Program-made: the position numbers and the translations under genes
Source: the human T2T-CHM13v2.0 reference genome, Homo sapiens
Length of the DNA: 64,000 bases
Reading direction: 5' to 3' (one strand)
Assembly: GCF_009914755.1 (NCBI RefSeq)
Contig: NC_060934.1
In this document: positions 41,776 to 55,912 of the stretch, one piece after another
How the letters are laid out: every line of letters begins with the position of its first letter
Position numbering within the stretch: position 1 is the first letter of the stretch
Notes under the pieces: model-generated
What the model was told of the DNA's origin: nothing
Databases searched by the model: none
What the model saw: only the letters and a program-made list of their open reading frames with translations

Positions 41776-44729
41776 TTCTGTCCCAGAGGTGGAGCTGGGA
41801 TATGCGTCCAGGAGGACTATGCATGGGTTCACGCCTCTCCCTCTTCACTACCTCCTCCTGGAGGACATCTAGGTCAGCATCAAGGAAGAAGAGTCCGGAG
41901 CTAGACCAAGATCCTTGGGCAGGGGTGGCGGGTATTTCTGCTGATCCTTGGATTCTCTGGGCCTAGCACAGTGTAGGGTGCAAAGCAGGGTTCAGTAAAT
42001 CCATCTTAAAGAAAGGGAGGGAGAGGGAGCCAGCCTTGCAGATCCAACCCCAGCCCAATGAGCTGAGCAAACCTGGATGTGAATCTAAGGGGGCTGGGAA
42101 CTGAGACACCAATAGCCAGAAGGCAGCTGGGTCTGGAGGGGTTCCCTTGGGGGTGGAGCTCTGCAACTGCTTTGGGCTGGACCAGAGGTTCAGGGTATCC
42201 TTTTGGCTCCCAGGGCTTAACCCCAAGATTGAAGGACATCTGTGAGCTTTGCTTCCAGAATGGAAATTTTTTAAGAAGCCACCTTTGGGAGGAACTGAAT
42301 CTCTGTCCTGGTGGTGGTTGCTTGGGCCATGCCATATACTTTCTGAATTTGGTTGCAGCTGCTTGTAGGTCCGTGTTTGTCAGCTGCTGCCCCCAAGTAA
42401 GGCTGTCTGCAAGGAAGGGTCTCTGCCTCCCTCCTGCTGTACCCCAGCTGCCCACTTTAGCTGGCCCTGACTTATCTAGTACAAAATGCAGTTACGGTCT
42501 GACCTTTCAGAACCCCGGGCCCCCATGAAGGCATCCTTGAAGGGCTTTCAAAGGCAGCATACTGCATATGAGGAGTTTAAAGTTTGCCTGTCTCTGTGAC
42601 TGTATTTTCTGAGCAAAGCTTTTCTCCATGCAGGTGCGCAGAAGGAAAAATAAGTAAGCATAAGAGGTTCCAGTTTGGAATTTTTCAATCATCTGAATGT
42701 TGTTCTTGGCAAGGAGTAATTTAAAACAGCTGTTATGGGTTACATTTTTAGACCAGTTAGAAATAAGGGTTTCACCACAATCATATTCTTTGATCATCCT
42801 AATTATTTTTTTTTCTTTTTCCCAGTTATCTCTCTTGTGCTGAGTAACTGAGGAGCTACCTATCAGGTTTAGCGTCAGTTACAGACCTGTTTCAAGCCTG
42901 GCAGTTGGAGGGAAGAGAAAAGCATTAACACGGAGCAGCAGCGCCCCAGGCTGAGACAGAGCTTACAAGGTCTAGACAGTTATGAGATATGTGGGACTCT
43001 TTAAAAAGAAAGAAAGAAGGAGAGAAACGCACATGTTTTAGGTTCTCCATGCTTGTATTCTGTATTTGTATAGCTGAGAAAGCTTTAGTTTAAAATAAGT
43101 GGTATTTGGCAAGCAGTGGTATTGCATGCTGACAAATTGATTGTGCTCTTTTACTTAGATAAAAATGAAAATGCATGAGGCATGTTGCTTTTTTCCCCCT
43201 CTTGATGATTAAAAAACGTCTACTTGGCTCTCTGCAGAGACAGCCCTTGAAGATTTATATGAAACACCTGTGTGGCATCGATCACAGGCCTTCAGGCTGA
43301 CAGAAGCAGCTATGCTTCATGGCGGTTAAAATGCCAGGTCCTGGGAGGGGGTTTGGAAAGACCTGAATAAGGGTCTGTATGCCAGGCTTGGGTGGGACCC
43401 TTCGGTGAGGGTCTTTGAATTTTAATAAAGGACCTCCCCACGCTGTTCATAATGATGTAGGGCTTAGAGCAGCTAGGCAGGAGGCTAAGCATGCCCTGGG
43501 GTGATGAACAAGACAAAAGCCTTCCCCTACCCGGCCTCAGTTTCCCCACCAGGAAGATGAGGCCATCAGACTAGCTTTCCTTTCGGTTTTCTACAAGCTC
43601 TATGACTATGTTCCCCTCAACACACCCTTTCTTAGGCTCTGGCGTTATTGGGCCATAAAGGATGAGGATGTCAGTGCAGACAAGGCGCTCCGCTTCCTGT
43701 GTAGCAGTTCACAGCCTGGGCCAGCACAGGGAGAAATTTGGAAACAAGTATGTTATGATGCAGCCATCAGCTGCAGTTGATGTGTTGGGTCATGAATTCA
43801 TTCATTCATTCACTGGTCAAACGTTATTGCACCCCGGCTCTGTGCCAGGTTCTATGCTGGGTGCCAACATGTGCAGGGAACTAAGCGACCTGGTCCCTGA
43901 CTGCTCCAAGTCGGGTCCACCCCATTTGGGCTTCTGTCCTGTTGGCTTAAGGACTTGCCCTGGTGTAGGTCTCAGCACAGGAATGTGCTGTGAAATGCAA
44001 TTCCAACACCCTATTAAAGCCAAGCATTTACTTCTGGACACCGGGGACTTTAAGACACACCCTTAAGGAGCAACGGATTTGTTTTGACAAAAGGAGTGTA
44101 AACAGGATCCTGGTGAATAGCTTTCTCATGGCTGCTCCTGCTTTCATCAATTGCATATTTATTGGTGACCTCATAAGTGTCCAGACTGTCCTGGGCTCTA
44201 CAGGGGAGGCAAAGGGGGTGGCGGAGGAGAGAGAGAATTTACAGCTTAGTTGGGGAGGCAAGGCCAGCTCTCAGGATAGCCAGCGAAGGTGTGAGACAGC
44301 ACATCAGTTACATGATCACACATGTGGTGCAGCTCACAGAACTGAAGGAACTCAGGGCAGGAGGGGGGCAGCTACTCGGCTCAGCTTTTCTTTTTGGGAA
44401 GAGCAACGGAAGAAAGGGCATTCCAGATCATTCTCCTGGCCCAGCCACTAGATGTTGAGGCCCAGTTGATAGCCAGCCCCAAAGCTGCCACAGCTTTCCC
44501 ATGTCTTTCTATCCTGGAGGCTGGAGCACCCCTGGACCTGAGGAAATTGATTGACCAATAGGTCATTGGTACATCTAGGTGACAGGGGTGCCTCCTCCCC
44601 ACCGTGGACCCCTAGAGGTTGCCAGATGGTGCCACTGATGTGATGTCATCCACCTCTCAGGGTCCCGAGTCTTTGTCTGCTGCTGCCATGGATCCCTTAA
44701 AAGTTAAAAGATGCAGAATAATTGTTCTG

Positions 44730-44972
44730 CTGTCAGCAAGAGCTGAGTTCACATCCCAGCTCTGCCTCTTGCTAGCCTGTGACCTTGTGCCATTTCCTTC
44801 TCAGTGTCTCGATTTTAGGCATCTAAAATGTGGGCTGATGATAGCACCTGTTCTGGAAGGCTGTTGTGAGGATTGCATGAGACATGCATGTAGTGTGCCT
44901 AGCATTGTGCCTGGTACGCAGGAAGCACCTCATTCATGTCAGTTGCTATTGTTTCCATTATTGTTATTATAA
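44730..44972 (+). mobile_element. MIR (one of many; others near 2010, 4680, 5770, 13690, 18510, 20200, 21200, 29700, 36480, 38940, 52080, 57020, 62250)
   Basis: cccagctctgcctcttgctagcctgtgaccttg...catctaaaatgtgggctgatgatagcacct...ggctgttgtgaggatt. Confidence 0.75.
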
Positions 44973-47900
44973 TACATCAGGTGGCAAAGTGGAAAGGCCA
45001 GTGTCTGAACCAAAGCTCATGTCTTTCTGAAAACCAGCTCTACCAAACTCTAAAGATCCGTGTCGAAAATCCCGACACCACGAGCTAGAATTCTGCTAAG
45101 CTCTAGCCTTCCCTGTGTTAGATTCTGCTGAAGCAATGTGCCTCTCCCCCATCTCTCATCTGGAGTGTGGGCATTGGTGAGCTCGTGTGCCTGTGAAACA
45201 CCCATCTCTTCCTCCTTCAGGACACGAAGCCTAGCCCTTCTTGAGTCTGGGGCCAAGCTGAGCAAAGATGGAAGGAGGCTTGGCAAGAGTTGATGTCATT
45301 TGACATTTAATCACCAAAGACCCAGATTGGGTCCCAGCGAGTTAAACCCACTGCGCCCTGTTCTTGGGCAGACAGGGTTGGGGTGTGGTCACATGGTTGG
45401 CTGGGAGAATCGGAGCTGTATCTAAGACTCTAAGAGCACAGAATAATTGCTTTCAAACATTTGTCCTCTACATCCCAAGAATGACAGCCAAAGGGCAGTA
45501 TAACAGAAAGACAGGCTTGGTCTCAAAATGGGAATGGCCTCACAGCATGGTGTTGATAAAGAGTATTGGATGCTCTGCAGGTGAAGTGCTTCCTGTCCCT
45601 GTGAGTGCACACGCCAGGGCTGGCTGAGCCCTTGATGGGGATCATGTTGGGAGGATTAAGGGTGGCTGGGGGTCTTGGGACCCTGAGACATCAGGACTTT
45701 CAGGAGACCATCAGTTGCCTCCACCTTCCGAGGCATTCATTTCTCCAGCTGCTTTTGGCCAGCACAGCCGTGATCCTCGCTAGACCCCGGCCAGTGGCCC
45801 AGGAAGAAGCCAGGCGCCTCGGCAGGGCCAGGGCAGGAAGAGCCAGGTCTGCCTGGAAGCTGCTATTTGCCTTGGTCCCTGGCTTGCCCAGCCGTTTCCT
45901 GGCCCGGCCCTCCGTGGCTTTTGCTTGATTAGCTCATAGCTCCAGGGGAAGCCAGACCCCGGGCCCTGGAAGGCAAGATGGGCCCCCAGTCCTCCCTGGC
46001 AGGCCAGGGCAGCGTGCAGGAAGGATGGGCTGGGCATTGCCATGTGAAGTCAACCTGAAATGCACTTGGGAGAGACTGAGGCACTGAGCGGAAGTAAAGA
46101 CTCCCAGATTTCCTGAAATGAAAGCCAGGGCTCCTTGGCGCCCCTCAGAGCCCCAGGCCTCTGCGAAATGCTGCCTTTAAACTCATGCTTGTGTTGCTCC
46201 AGCCGTATTGCCACGTCGCAGGTGCGGGGTGGTGCTGGGGGCGGGGGATGGCAGCTGGGTGGGTTTAAAGATCCCCAGCAGTGGTGAACCCTCCTTGGGG
46301 CTCTGACGCTGGAGAAAGGCCCCATGCCCTGTGATGTCTCCATTCCCACCAGGCTCACAGCCCCACTGTGAAGCTACCGAAATGGGAGGCATTTAAGCCC
46401 CCCTTGTTCATCAGCCCTATTTTGTAAAAGGGGAAACCAAGGTCCAGAGAGAAGAATGATGGGTCAGAGGTCATGCAGGGTCAGACGTGGAGCTGGACAC
46501 AAAGCCCAATCTCCTAGCCCCAGTCCCATGCACCGATGTGCTTTCTCGAAAGGGGCATGCCAGGCAGGGCCCCTGGGCTCAGACCGCCTCACTTCTGGGG
46601 GCTCTGGGCTTACTGTGCTGCAGCTCTGAGCAGCAGGCAGCCTGGCCCAGCCTTGCCTCCGCCCAGGGACCTGAGCCCAGGGAGCCATGCTGACCCTTTC
46701 GTTGCCTTGGACAGAAGCCACCTTAGGCACAGCCCTCATCATCTACTTGGTTCAGGGAGGCCTTCACTTCTGGCAGAGCATCAGGAGAACGTGGGCTGGA
46801 GATATATACTCCCCAGTTTGGAAGCGTGTGGCCTCCCTGTCACAGTGATCTGTTTGTTGGTTTGTTCAATCATTCATTCATTTTAGATAAACACCTGTGC
46901 TCCTGCCTGGGCCGGGCACTGATCCAGGTGGTGGGGATAAAATGGTGAACTGGACCTTACAGTTAATGCAGTGTTGGAATCACCTAGGGAGCTTTTTAAG
47001 AAAATACTGACGCCCTGGAGATTTGATGCAGTCGGTCTGGGTGTGGCCTAGGAGTTTCACTTTCTAAAACTGCATGTATCTGGATGAAATTTCTTTACAA
47101 GGAGAAAAAAGGTTGTAGAAAGAATGTCCTTCTAAGTGGATGGTGTCCCAGGTGCTTTTAGGCGGAGCACAGGTGAGGAAAGGCCCTGGGTGTTCAAGAC
47201 ACAAACAGTGGTCATCACTGACCAAGGCTGTCCCAGGTGCCCCGTCCCGGCTCACTGGAAGGTCCCGCCACAGGCCACGCAGGGTAAAACAAACCCGAAG
47301 TTCTTCTGAGCAGCTGCGCATTCCCCAGGCCCCGCACGGAAAGGAGAGCTGTCTGGCAGTCACAGTTCTTTGCTTTCCAGGCTCTTCCTGATCTCAGTGA
47401 TTTTGCAGCTGTGCTTTTAGGAGAGCTGTTTTCCCCTCATTTGTAAAAACTCAAAAATATGGAAAAATAGAAACAACCACAGGTCACGCATGGGTGTGTT
47501 TCCTTTTTGCCCCGGCTCTTAAAGCACCAGCACTGCTGATGCGCCAGGTGCCTTTTCTGCGGACGCCTCTTTGGTGTCCCCAGGCTAGCACAAAAGTGGA
47601 GGTTGCAGTCAGCCTGCCGGGCTTCCGGGCAGAGGAGAGGGCTCAGAGCACAGTGCTTTGGACCTTCTTTCCGATATGCCAGGCCCCTTCCAGCGACTGC
47701 CTGTCCAGCATCAGGATCTACCTGCCAAGTGGTCCTGCCGTTCCCTCAGTCCACCCCCACCCCTGACCCTCCGTTTACCCAGCCAGTTCTTTGCCCATTC
47801 CCACTGCAAGGAGATATCTAAATTGTTTGCCTTTTTTGTCCTTGGTGATAGAGGTCACTGCCGGACTCTGGCAGCTCCATTACTGCTCATGGTGATGGTA

Positions 47901-49824
47901 TAGTCCATGTCCTGTCCATCTCAGCCCCCAGCCCTTCCCCAGACTCCTGGATACCTCCCTGACTGCATCTGATGGGTTCAAGCCAGAGACCTGGACCCTC
48001 ATCAGAGAGGCAGGGGCCCGCACAAGCACCCTTCCACCCACCCTTTTCTTCCTTCCACAGACCCACAGCCTAGAGCCTTCTTTCCTCCCCACTGTCCCCG
48101 CCACACTTCCCCTGCCTGGCAGCCCAGGCCCAGACACCCTGCAATTCAGTGGTTTCACATGTGGCTTCTCCAAGTGCCACCAAACTTTGTGAGACTTGGG
48201 CTTAATAATTTCGATCCCACAGAAACATGTGACAAGCACAAGACATTCCGTAAAACTAGAGCCCAGAACGAGAGGGACGAATGGCACAGGAAGATGGCAG
48301 GGCTTGGTTTGGGTGTGTTTGTGTGACACACCATATGTCATTTTTTATTCACACAAAAACATCTTTCTTGAAGTAATAGAAGGCCACTCAGCTGTTGCTA
48401 ACCACATACCAAATGTTTCCTTTTTCCTCTCCTGCGCCTTCCAAGGGGCGGGCTGGGAAGCTCTGCTGTTATCCGTGATGCCATCTCGCCTTTCAAACGT
48501 CAGAGAGCTTTTTCCTCGGAGCAAACGCCCGATTGTTTTTTCCAGCTTTGGCAGGAATTTTTAAGAGAAAGCTGTTTTCGAATCACTTCTCTGTTTATTG
48601 TTTCAAACCTGAAATACGGCAGAGTAGAGGGCTGGCAGCCTCTGTCTGATCCTCTCTCCCCATGTCCATTTCCTAAATTGCATTAGGATCTATCAGGGAC
48701 CCCCTTCTCTGCCACAGCCCCCCGTAACCTGGTATTTTGGGAAAATGAAGTTAAATAAAATAAAATAAACCTTCAGTTGGTGGAGAGATGGTTCCAGGCA
48801 TCCCTTTGGACACCCCCCTCCTTCCACCCCCCCGCCCCACTCCAGCCTCACAACCTTTACAATCAACATGTGGTTTCATTTCCAAGAGCCCCAGTGTTAG
48901 CATTTCCATTTCCTCAGGAAGCCACGTTCCGTCCTTGCTCTTACTTCTGAAATTGAACGTGTGTTTTCCTTGGCCCGAGCTCTAGGAGTGCCTGGGGCAA
49001 CAATGCACACAGTCCCAAGCAGGTTTCAGTGGGGTGGACAGCCCTCCCCGCACCCGGGCTGCAGCTTCTCCCCGCTCCCCGTCCCCAGGGATGGCCGCCC
49101 ACTCTCCCCTAGCCCGGTGGGAGGGCCTGGCTGTGCTCGGGCCCCGTGGCCATCCGAGGGAAGCTGGGCCGCCCTCACTGCCTGTGTCCTCGCCACCTCC
49201 TATTGGGAAACTCTGGTTGCCCTCCAAGAGTCCACATACTGCAGGCTCTTAATTAAGAAAGTATGTTCCCATTTCATGTCACTCGAAAAGAATGAAAACA
49301 GTGACAGCATTTATTTATCTTAACTATCAATATCATTCCTGTTTCTCAGTCCGCTGGGGGTATGAGTCTTGAAGGAATTGACTGGGTTATGAGATTTGAA
49401 CCTCGGGCATGTGCTGGTGGGACACATGTGGCCTGCTTCCGAGAAGGAGCCTTGAAGGAAGAGCAAGCAGGCTGGCATGGCCCTGCCCTGCCCTGCCCTC
49501 CCGGAGCTCAGGGCCGAAGGGCTCGGTGACAGTGGGGAACTCCTGCCTGCTTTGGTGCTAATGGAGAGTCAAGGTTCCTTTTTCACCAGCTACCTCCTAT
49601 CTCCTTTCTCAGTCATCGGAGAAGTAAAACCCATCATTTCCTGAGTCTGATAGAGGAGATAGGATCTGTCCAGTGGCTGCTGTTTCTGTGGCACCTACTG
49701 TGTGCTGAGGCTGGGCCAGGTGCTCACATGCGTTGTTGCCAATCCCCGGCAGCAACCAGCTAACTCTGATGGCCTCAGGTAAAGGGACTTGCCCAAGACC
49801 ACACAGCCATCCAGAGTTGCTCCA

Positions 49825-50008
49825 CTGTGGAGACACTATTGCCATTTGGAGCAGAATAATTATGTGTGGCAGGGAGCTGTCCTGTGCATTGTGGGGTATT
49901 TAGCACATCCCTGGCCTCCACCCACTAATCAGTAGTAACCTCACAGTTGTGATAACACAAAATGTCTACAGACATTGCCAAAATTTCCCGCTGCTGAAAA
50001 CCTCTGAG
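49825..50008. mobile_element. MER20
   Basis: cactattgccatttgg...gctgtcctgtgcattgt...cctggcctccacccacta...aaaatgtctacagacattgccaaa. Confidence 0.8.
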
Positions 50009-51147
50009 CTAGGGGATGGAGGTAGGATTCAGACCCAAGCCTGTGCTTGTTCGCCACCCTGTGCTAGCTCTGAAGAAGTCCTCACCCAAGCAAGGCAACC
50101 CTGCTTGCCTTTAGGATCCAGGCAGCGTGGTAGTGCTTTGGTGTTTCTGAACTATGTACTAATCAGCTATAGATATAGGCATTCTAGAATATTCATGAGG
50201 ATCCAACTTCGTGGTGGAGGCTGAGGACAGAAGTTCTTTAATAGTACTGCCCCATCTTGCTGTGGTGTCCTGACAGTGTAGCACTTTACTGCAAAGCCTT
50301 TGCATATAGGTTTTCATTTTGAGTCTTCCAGATACTCATTATATCTGAAGGCTTATTACTCAGCACCAATAAATTGCAAGGGACTGAAACCCAACTCAAA
50401 CTAACTTAAGGGTTAGAGGAAGTCTGTTGGTTTATGTGACTGAAAAGTCCAGGGGTAAATCTCATAGCTTCAGGTATGGCTGGATCCAGGTCTCAAACAT
50501 CATCAGGACACTATTTATTATTCTACTTTCTACAGTTTTGATTTCATTCTCTGACAGGTTCTTTCTATATGGCCACAAGATAGCCACCAGCAACTCCAGG
50601 CTTACATGGTCCTAAGAGTTAAAGGCTTCAAATAAAGAAAAAGTAACTTTCCTTAGAGTGCCAAAAAATGTTCAAGTAAAGACTCAGATTGGTAAGGCCT
50701 GGGCCCTGTGCTCATCTCCGAGCTTGGTGTTGGCCTCACCCAAAGAATTATTATAGGGGAAGGGATGACTCTCCAAAGAAAGGAATACAAGACCTTGTGT
50801 TTCTAGAGCAGTTCAAAGTGTGGTTCGTGGACTGATTTTACTGGTCTGTGATAAGTACAGAGATGCTTAGAAACACTCATAGCAATTCGTTGTGGCTGTA
50901 GCATCCAGGTGTGTGATCAGTGGACTCATCTTGTGGAACAGGTGATAAAGCAGTTGGCTGTTGTCAGACTCACGTGCAAAGTTGGGAACAATGGAGATTT
51001 ACAAAAGTATCAGTCCGTGATGGATTGGAAATTTAAAAAACTGGTTCTTTTCCATAGATAGCTGGAAAAGCACTGCTTTAAACTGGAGAGTATGTTAAAA
51101 CACAGATTTCTGGGCCCTACCAGTGGAATTCTGATTCAGTCAGTAGG

Positions 51148-51499
51148 TGATATGGTTTGGCTATGTCCCCACCTAAATCTCATGTTGAATTGTAGCTCCC
51201 ATAATTCCCACATGTGTGGGAGGGACCTGTTGGGAGGTAATTGAATCATGGGGATGGGTCTTTCCCATGCTGTTCTCATGATAGTGAATAAGTCTCACAA
51301 GATCTAATGGTTTTATAAAGGGGAGTTCCCTTGCAAACGCTCTGTCTTGCCTGCCACCATGTAAGACGTCCCTTGCTCTTCTGTCATGATTGTGAGGCCT
51401 CCCCAGTCACGTGGAACTGTGAGTCAAGTGAACCTCTTTCCTTTATAAATTACCCAGTCAGGTATGTCTTTATTAGCAGCATGAGAACAGACTAATATA
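51148..51499 (+). mobile_element. THE1 solo LTR inserted in a MER5A
   Basis: tgatatggtttggct...cagactaatata; perfect 5-bp TSD gtagg (51143-51147, 51500-51504). Confidence 0.95.
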
Positions 51500-51559
51500 G
51501 TAGGTCTGAAGTGGGGTGGGGGGAATGAGAATCTGCATTTTCAGTAGGCTCCCAGGTGG

Positions 51560-51739
51560 AATATTTTGAGAGTTACTGAAATGTGACACAGACAGGAAGT
51601 TCGCACATGCTGTTGGGGAAATGAAAATGGTGCGGATAGACTTGCTCGACACGGGGTTGCCACAAACCTTCAATTCATATAAAAAATGCAATATCTGCAA
51701 AAGACAATAAAGTGAAGTGCAATAATACGAGTGTGCCTG
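51560..51739 (-). mobile_element. Tigger1 terminal fragment (followed by a MER58A-like fragment to approx. 51877)
   Basis: aaatgtgacacaga...gcacatgctgttgg...gatagacttgctcgacacggggttgccacaaaccttcaat. Confidence 0.75.
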
Positions 51740-52531
51740 CGTAGTCTGCGGAGGCTTTCACTACAACAGCGAGCTGAATCGTTGTGAAAGAGACCATATG
51801 GCCCTCAAACTACTACCATATGGCTAGTAGTAAATATCTCCCACTAGCCCTTTACAGAAAAGTTTGCCTACCCTTGCCTTAGAACCAGGGGGTGAGATGC
51901 GAGATCAGGAATCCCTATTGAGGTTGGATGGAAACAGTTTTTGGAATCCTGGTTGAAACTGACCTCCAAGGTTGATCTTGGAATCTGGTCTAAGTCCCTG
52001 TAATCATCTGCATTTGTGAAGCTGGCATGCCAAGAAGGTTTGCAGGTTGAGAAGGGGCTTAGAGGTTATTATTCGAACCCCCTTATTTTATGGATGAGGA
52101 AACTGAGACCAAGAAAGGGGAAGTGACTTGTCCAAGGTTACACAGAGAATTGATGGCAGAGCTGAGACCGACCCCTGCCCAGTGCTCATCCACTGTGGTG
52201 TCCTTGGCAACAGGCCTGGGGTGTGGTATCTTTAGTGGCTTACAATGAGAATAGGCTAAGAGGCAAGCGAGGTCTCTCCCAAGCACCCAAACCTCACCAG
52301 GTGAAGGTGGTGAGGACAGGGGCCCCTTGGCTTGCTGTGCCCTCTGTTGGTTGACGTACCCTCTGTTGGCTGACAACTTGGCAAGTGTGAGCCCTGTCCT
52401 GGGAAGGGCAGAGTTGGAAGTGAGTTGGCTGTGCCCAGGCCCCCAAGACGTGTGTTGCTTATTGTATGTGCATGTGTCTTAGCATGTGGATTTTCAGCCA
52501 GTTACATTCATTACCAAGGAAGTGTACTTGC

Positions 52532-52899
52532 TGGTACAGTTTGGATATTTGTCCCTGCCTAAGTCTCATGTTGAGATGTAATCCCTAATGTTGAGGTGGA
52601 GCCTGGTGGGAGGTGTTTGGGTCATGAGGGCAGACCCCTCATTGTTGGTGATAGTGAGTTCTTGTGAGATCTGGTTGTTGCAGTGTGGCACCTCCCCTTC
52701 AACTCTCCTCTGGCCATGTGACATGCCTGCTCCTGCTTCACCTTCTACCACGATTGTAAGCTTCCTGAGGCCTCCCCTGAAGCAGATGCCAGTGCTATGC
52801 TTCCTGTACAGCCTGTAGAACCATGAGCCAATTAAATGTGTTTTCTAATAAATTAACCAGGCTCAGGTATTTATAGCAATGCAAGAATGGCCTAATACA
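52532..52899 (+). mobile_element. MST (MSTB-like) solo LTR
   Basis: tggtacagtttggatatttgtccc...ggcctaataca; perfect TSD cttgc (52527-52531, 52900-52904). Confidence 0.93.
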
Positions 52900-54363
52900 C
52901 TTGCTGGCCACTCACTTAACACTACTTGCTGGTTCTCGCCCCTTCACGCCTCACCTCCCATCCCTGAGTGACCTACCACTTTCTGTCTGTTTTCTTTAGG
53001 ACAGTCTTGAAGATCCACTCAGTGACATCCTATGGTGGTCTCAGACCTAGCCCAGAATTCTTGTCCTAATTCACCTTCTCCCACACTTCAGCACACCCTG
53101 CAGGTCCTCCTGGCATCTCACCTGGAGGTTTCACCTCCCCACTGTAGCTTCTCCTTGCCCCTCCTCCCAGCCTCAAGCCCCATTCTCTCTGGCTTTGACC
53201 TTTTTCCCTCTTCTTCACCTGGACTCAGCTTCTCCCCCTGCCTGCATTGTCTGCTCATTCCCATATTCTAGTGTGCTCTCCATGGCCACCACCCCTGAAA
53301 CTGACCCAGCATCATGAGAGGATGTCTTGCCCCCTCTGCCACGACACCTTCCAGGACACTTCCCAATTGACTTATGCAGTTTTGTTACATAGACATTGTT
53401 ATGTGGCTTCTCTTTCCAGTGTTATCCATGAATGTGCCTCCCTCTCACACTGGCCAGTGAGCAAACTGCTAAGGACAAGGACTAAGCAAGTGTCTGGTAC
53501 CTTGCTAAAGGGACTGCCTGCTGGGTAGACATGGTTCTGTCTGAGCGCAAGGCTGGAATTCAGTGTGTTGCAGGAAGGTGTGGCAATCCCGCCTTCCCAG
53601 GCCAGCTGTGGGCATGCCGGGGAGGTGGGGAGTGTCAATCCCTTGAAGAAACAAACAACACATGTCGTTTTCTTGAAGCCAGTTCAGTCCAGCTGCTCAC
53701 CAAAGCAGGATCCCAGCCGCAGGAGCTGGTAGCCTCCCTGCCCAAAAGCTGGGGCCTGAGCCCACAGGCCACAATAGCTCCCAAACCAATGACTTCCTCT
53801 GTAAATGTCTCAGACTTGCCGCCACCCCATTTTTGTCCCCTTTTCTGTGGACTGCACGTGAATCATTTTTGCTCTAAATTATTGATTTACCAGTGAGACA
53901 CTGAATCCATTCCAGACTCCTGGCCTGAGAGTCCAGCCCTTTCCTGTGTGAGTCCAGCTTGCCTTCCCAGTGTATCTCCCAGCACCCTCCTGTGTGCATA
54001 AGTAGGCCTAGCCCCTCCCAGGGTGCTCTGCTCCTTAGTCAAGGGCACAGCTCAGTGCCCTGCAGCTTATGATGGGCTTTCTAGACCCTTCCCCTTTCCC
54101 AGTCACCTTCCTCTTCCAAATGTCACATCACAGAGATGATGTCCTCCATTCTTGGCCAGCTGTTAATTCCAAGCCTGTTGCTGGATCAGTAACCGGCCAG
54201 TGGGTATAAGATGTGTCCCTTCCCACTGACCCACCCACATATCCCCACGTGTTGAGTTCAAGAAGATACCCTTAACATCAAAGGAAACTTCTAGTATCAA
54301 AAAGCAGGAGACCTCAGAAGAGAGTTTGTTGAGTGAATGAAGGACCCAAAATAGCAAAGTTAG

Positions 54364-54793
<430 letters not shown>

Positions 54794-54835
54794 TGAGGCA
54801 CATGGAAAGCAGGAGTTCCATGTTCTAGAAGAGCA

Positions 54836-54904
54836 AGTGCGCATGCGTGTGCGTGTGTGTATGTGCGTGCGTGTGTGTGGACAGTGTGTGTGTGCCTGTG
54901 TGTA
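54836..54904. repeat. Mixed (TG)/(CG) alternating purine-pyrimidine tract
   Basis: gtgcgcatgcgtgtgcgtgtgtgtatgtgcgtgcgtgtgtgtg. Confidence 0.85.
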
Positions 54905-55840
54905 CAGCATCCCAGTGTTCTCCCACCCCTAAAGATAGATTTGGAGACAGAGAGAAAAGTCTTCTGCCCTTGTCCTAGGTGTTTCTCCTCACCAACCCCA
55001 ACAGACCACACTTTGGAGAAAGATTGTGGGCAGGCCCCCTTCCAAGCTGGATTTCAACAACATTGCCAGCTTCTGTTGAAACAGATCCGAAAGGGTCCAC
55101 TCCAAGCATGTATCGTAGAACTTCTCATGCTTCCAACTTCAATGTCATTGACTTTCCAGAAGCAACCTATACCTCGGGTTTGCTCTTGATACATCAAGAA
55201 CTTTGATTTGCGCCTCCTCCTGTCACCTTGATCATTCCCAAATTCGTATTCTTCCTTCTGTGGCCTCCTTATCCATTTCTATAGGAACTGTAAATGTTGC
55301 ACTAGGGATGATTTTGTTTTTGTGTGTGTGCTTGCTCAGAAAATGAACCCATTGATCTTGATTTGAGGTGAAGAAAGAAATCTAAAAAGATCATTACTGG
55401 TCCTTTTATTTCTCTCTAGGCTTCCAACGAGTAGTTTTTTTGCCTGGGATCCTCTCTACAGCTGGGAGAGGCTCGGAACTGAGGTGCTGACAGCTTGTGT
55501 TGGAATCGCATGGTGTTTACTGTGCTGGGAGTTTATAATGGCCTTGTTTCCATACTGACAGCAAATGCCATATGGAGAGAAAAAAAAATCTGTCAAATGA
55601 ACCCTTAAGGGATCACAATATGGCACATGAAATCTCAAAACTGCTTTTGGAAAAGGTGGGGGTAGAGGGGTACCTTGCTTAAATCACATAAGCAGCATGG
55701 TGCTCTCTCCCATAATTGAATAAAAATGGAATTTGACACAAGGTAATTTACTTTGGTTCTGTGTTTGTGCTGGGAAAAACTGATTGGGAAAGGATGCAAA
55801 GATTTGTTTTCCTCCCCTTGGGGGATTGTGTTGAGTGGGA

Positions 55841-55912
55841 GGCAACGGGAATGCAGGCTGTATCTGCAGGGCATTGTGCTAACAGGTGCAGGCTGCAGAC
55901 CTGTCACAGGCC
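55841..55912 (+). ncRNA. MIR4681: pre-miRNA hairpin hsa-mir-4681 (mature approx. 55844-55865, AACGGGAAUGCAGGCUGUAUCU)
   Basis: Sequence matches my recall of mir-4681, intronic in GRK5. Stem visible: UGCAG-G-CUGUAUCUG pairs with CAGGUGCAG-G-CUGCA (one G.G mismatch, G-U pairs). Confidence 0.85.
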
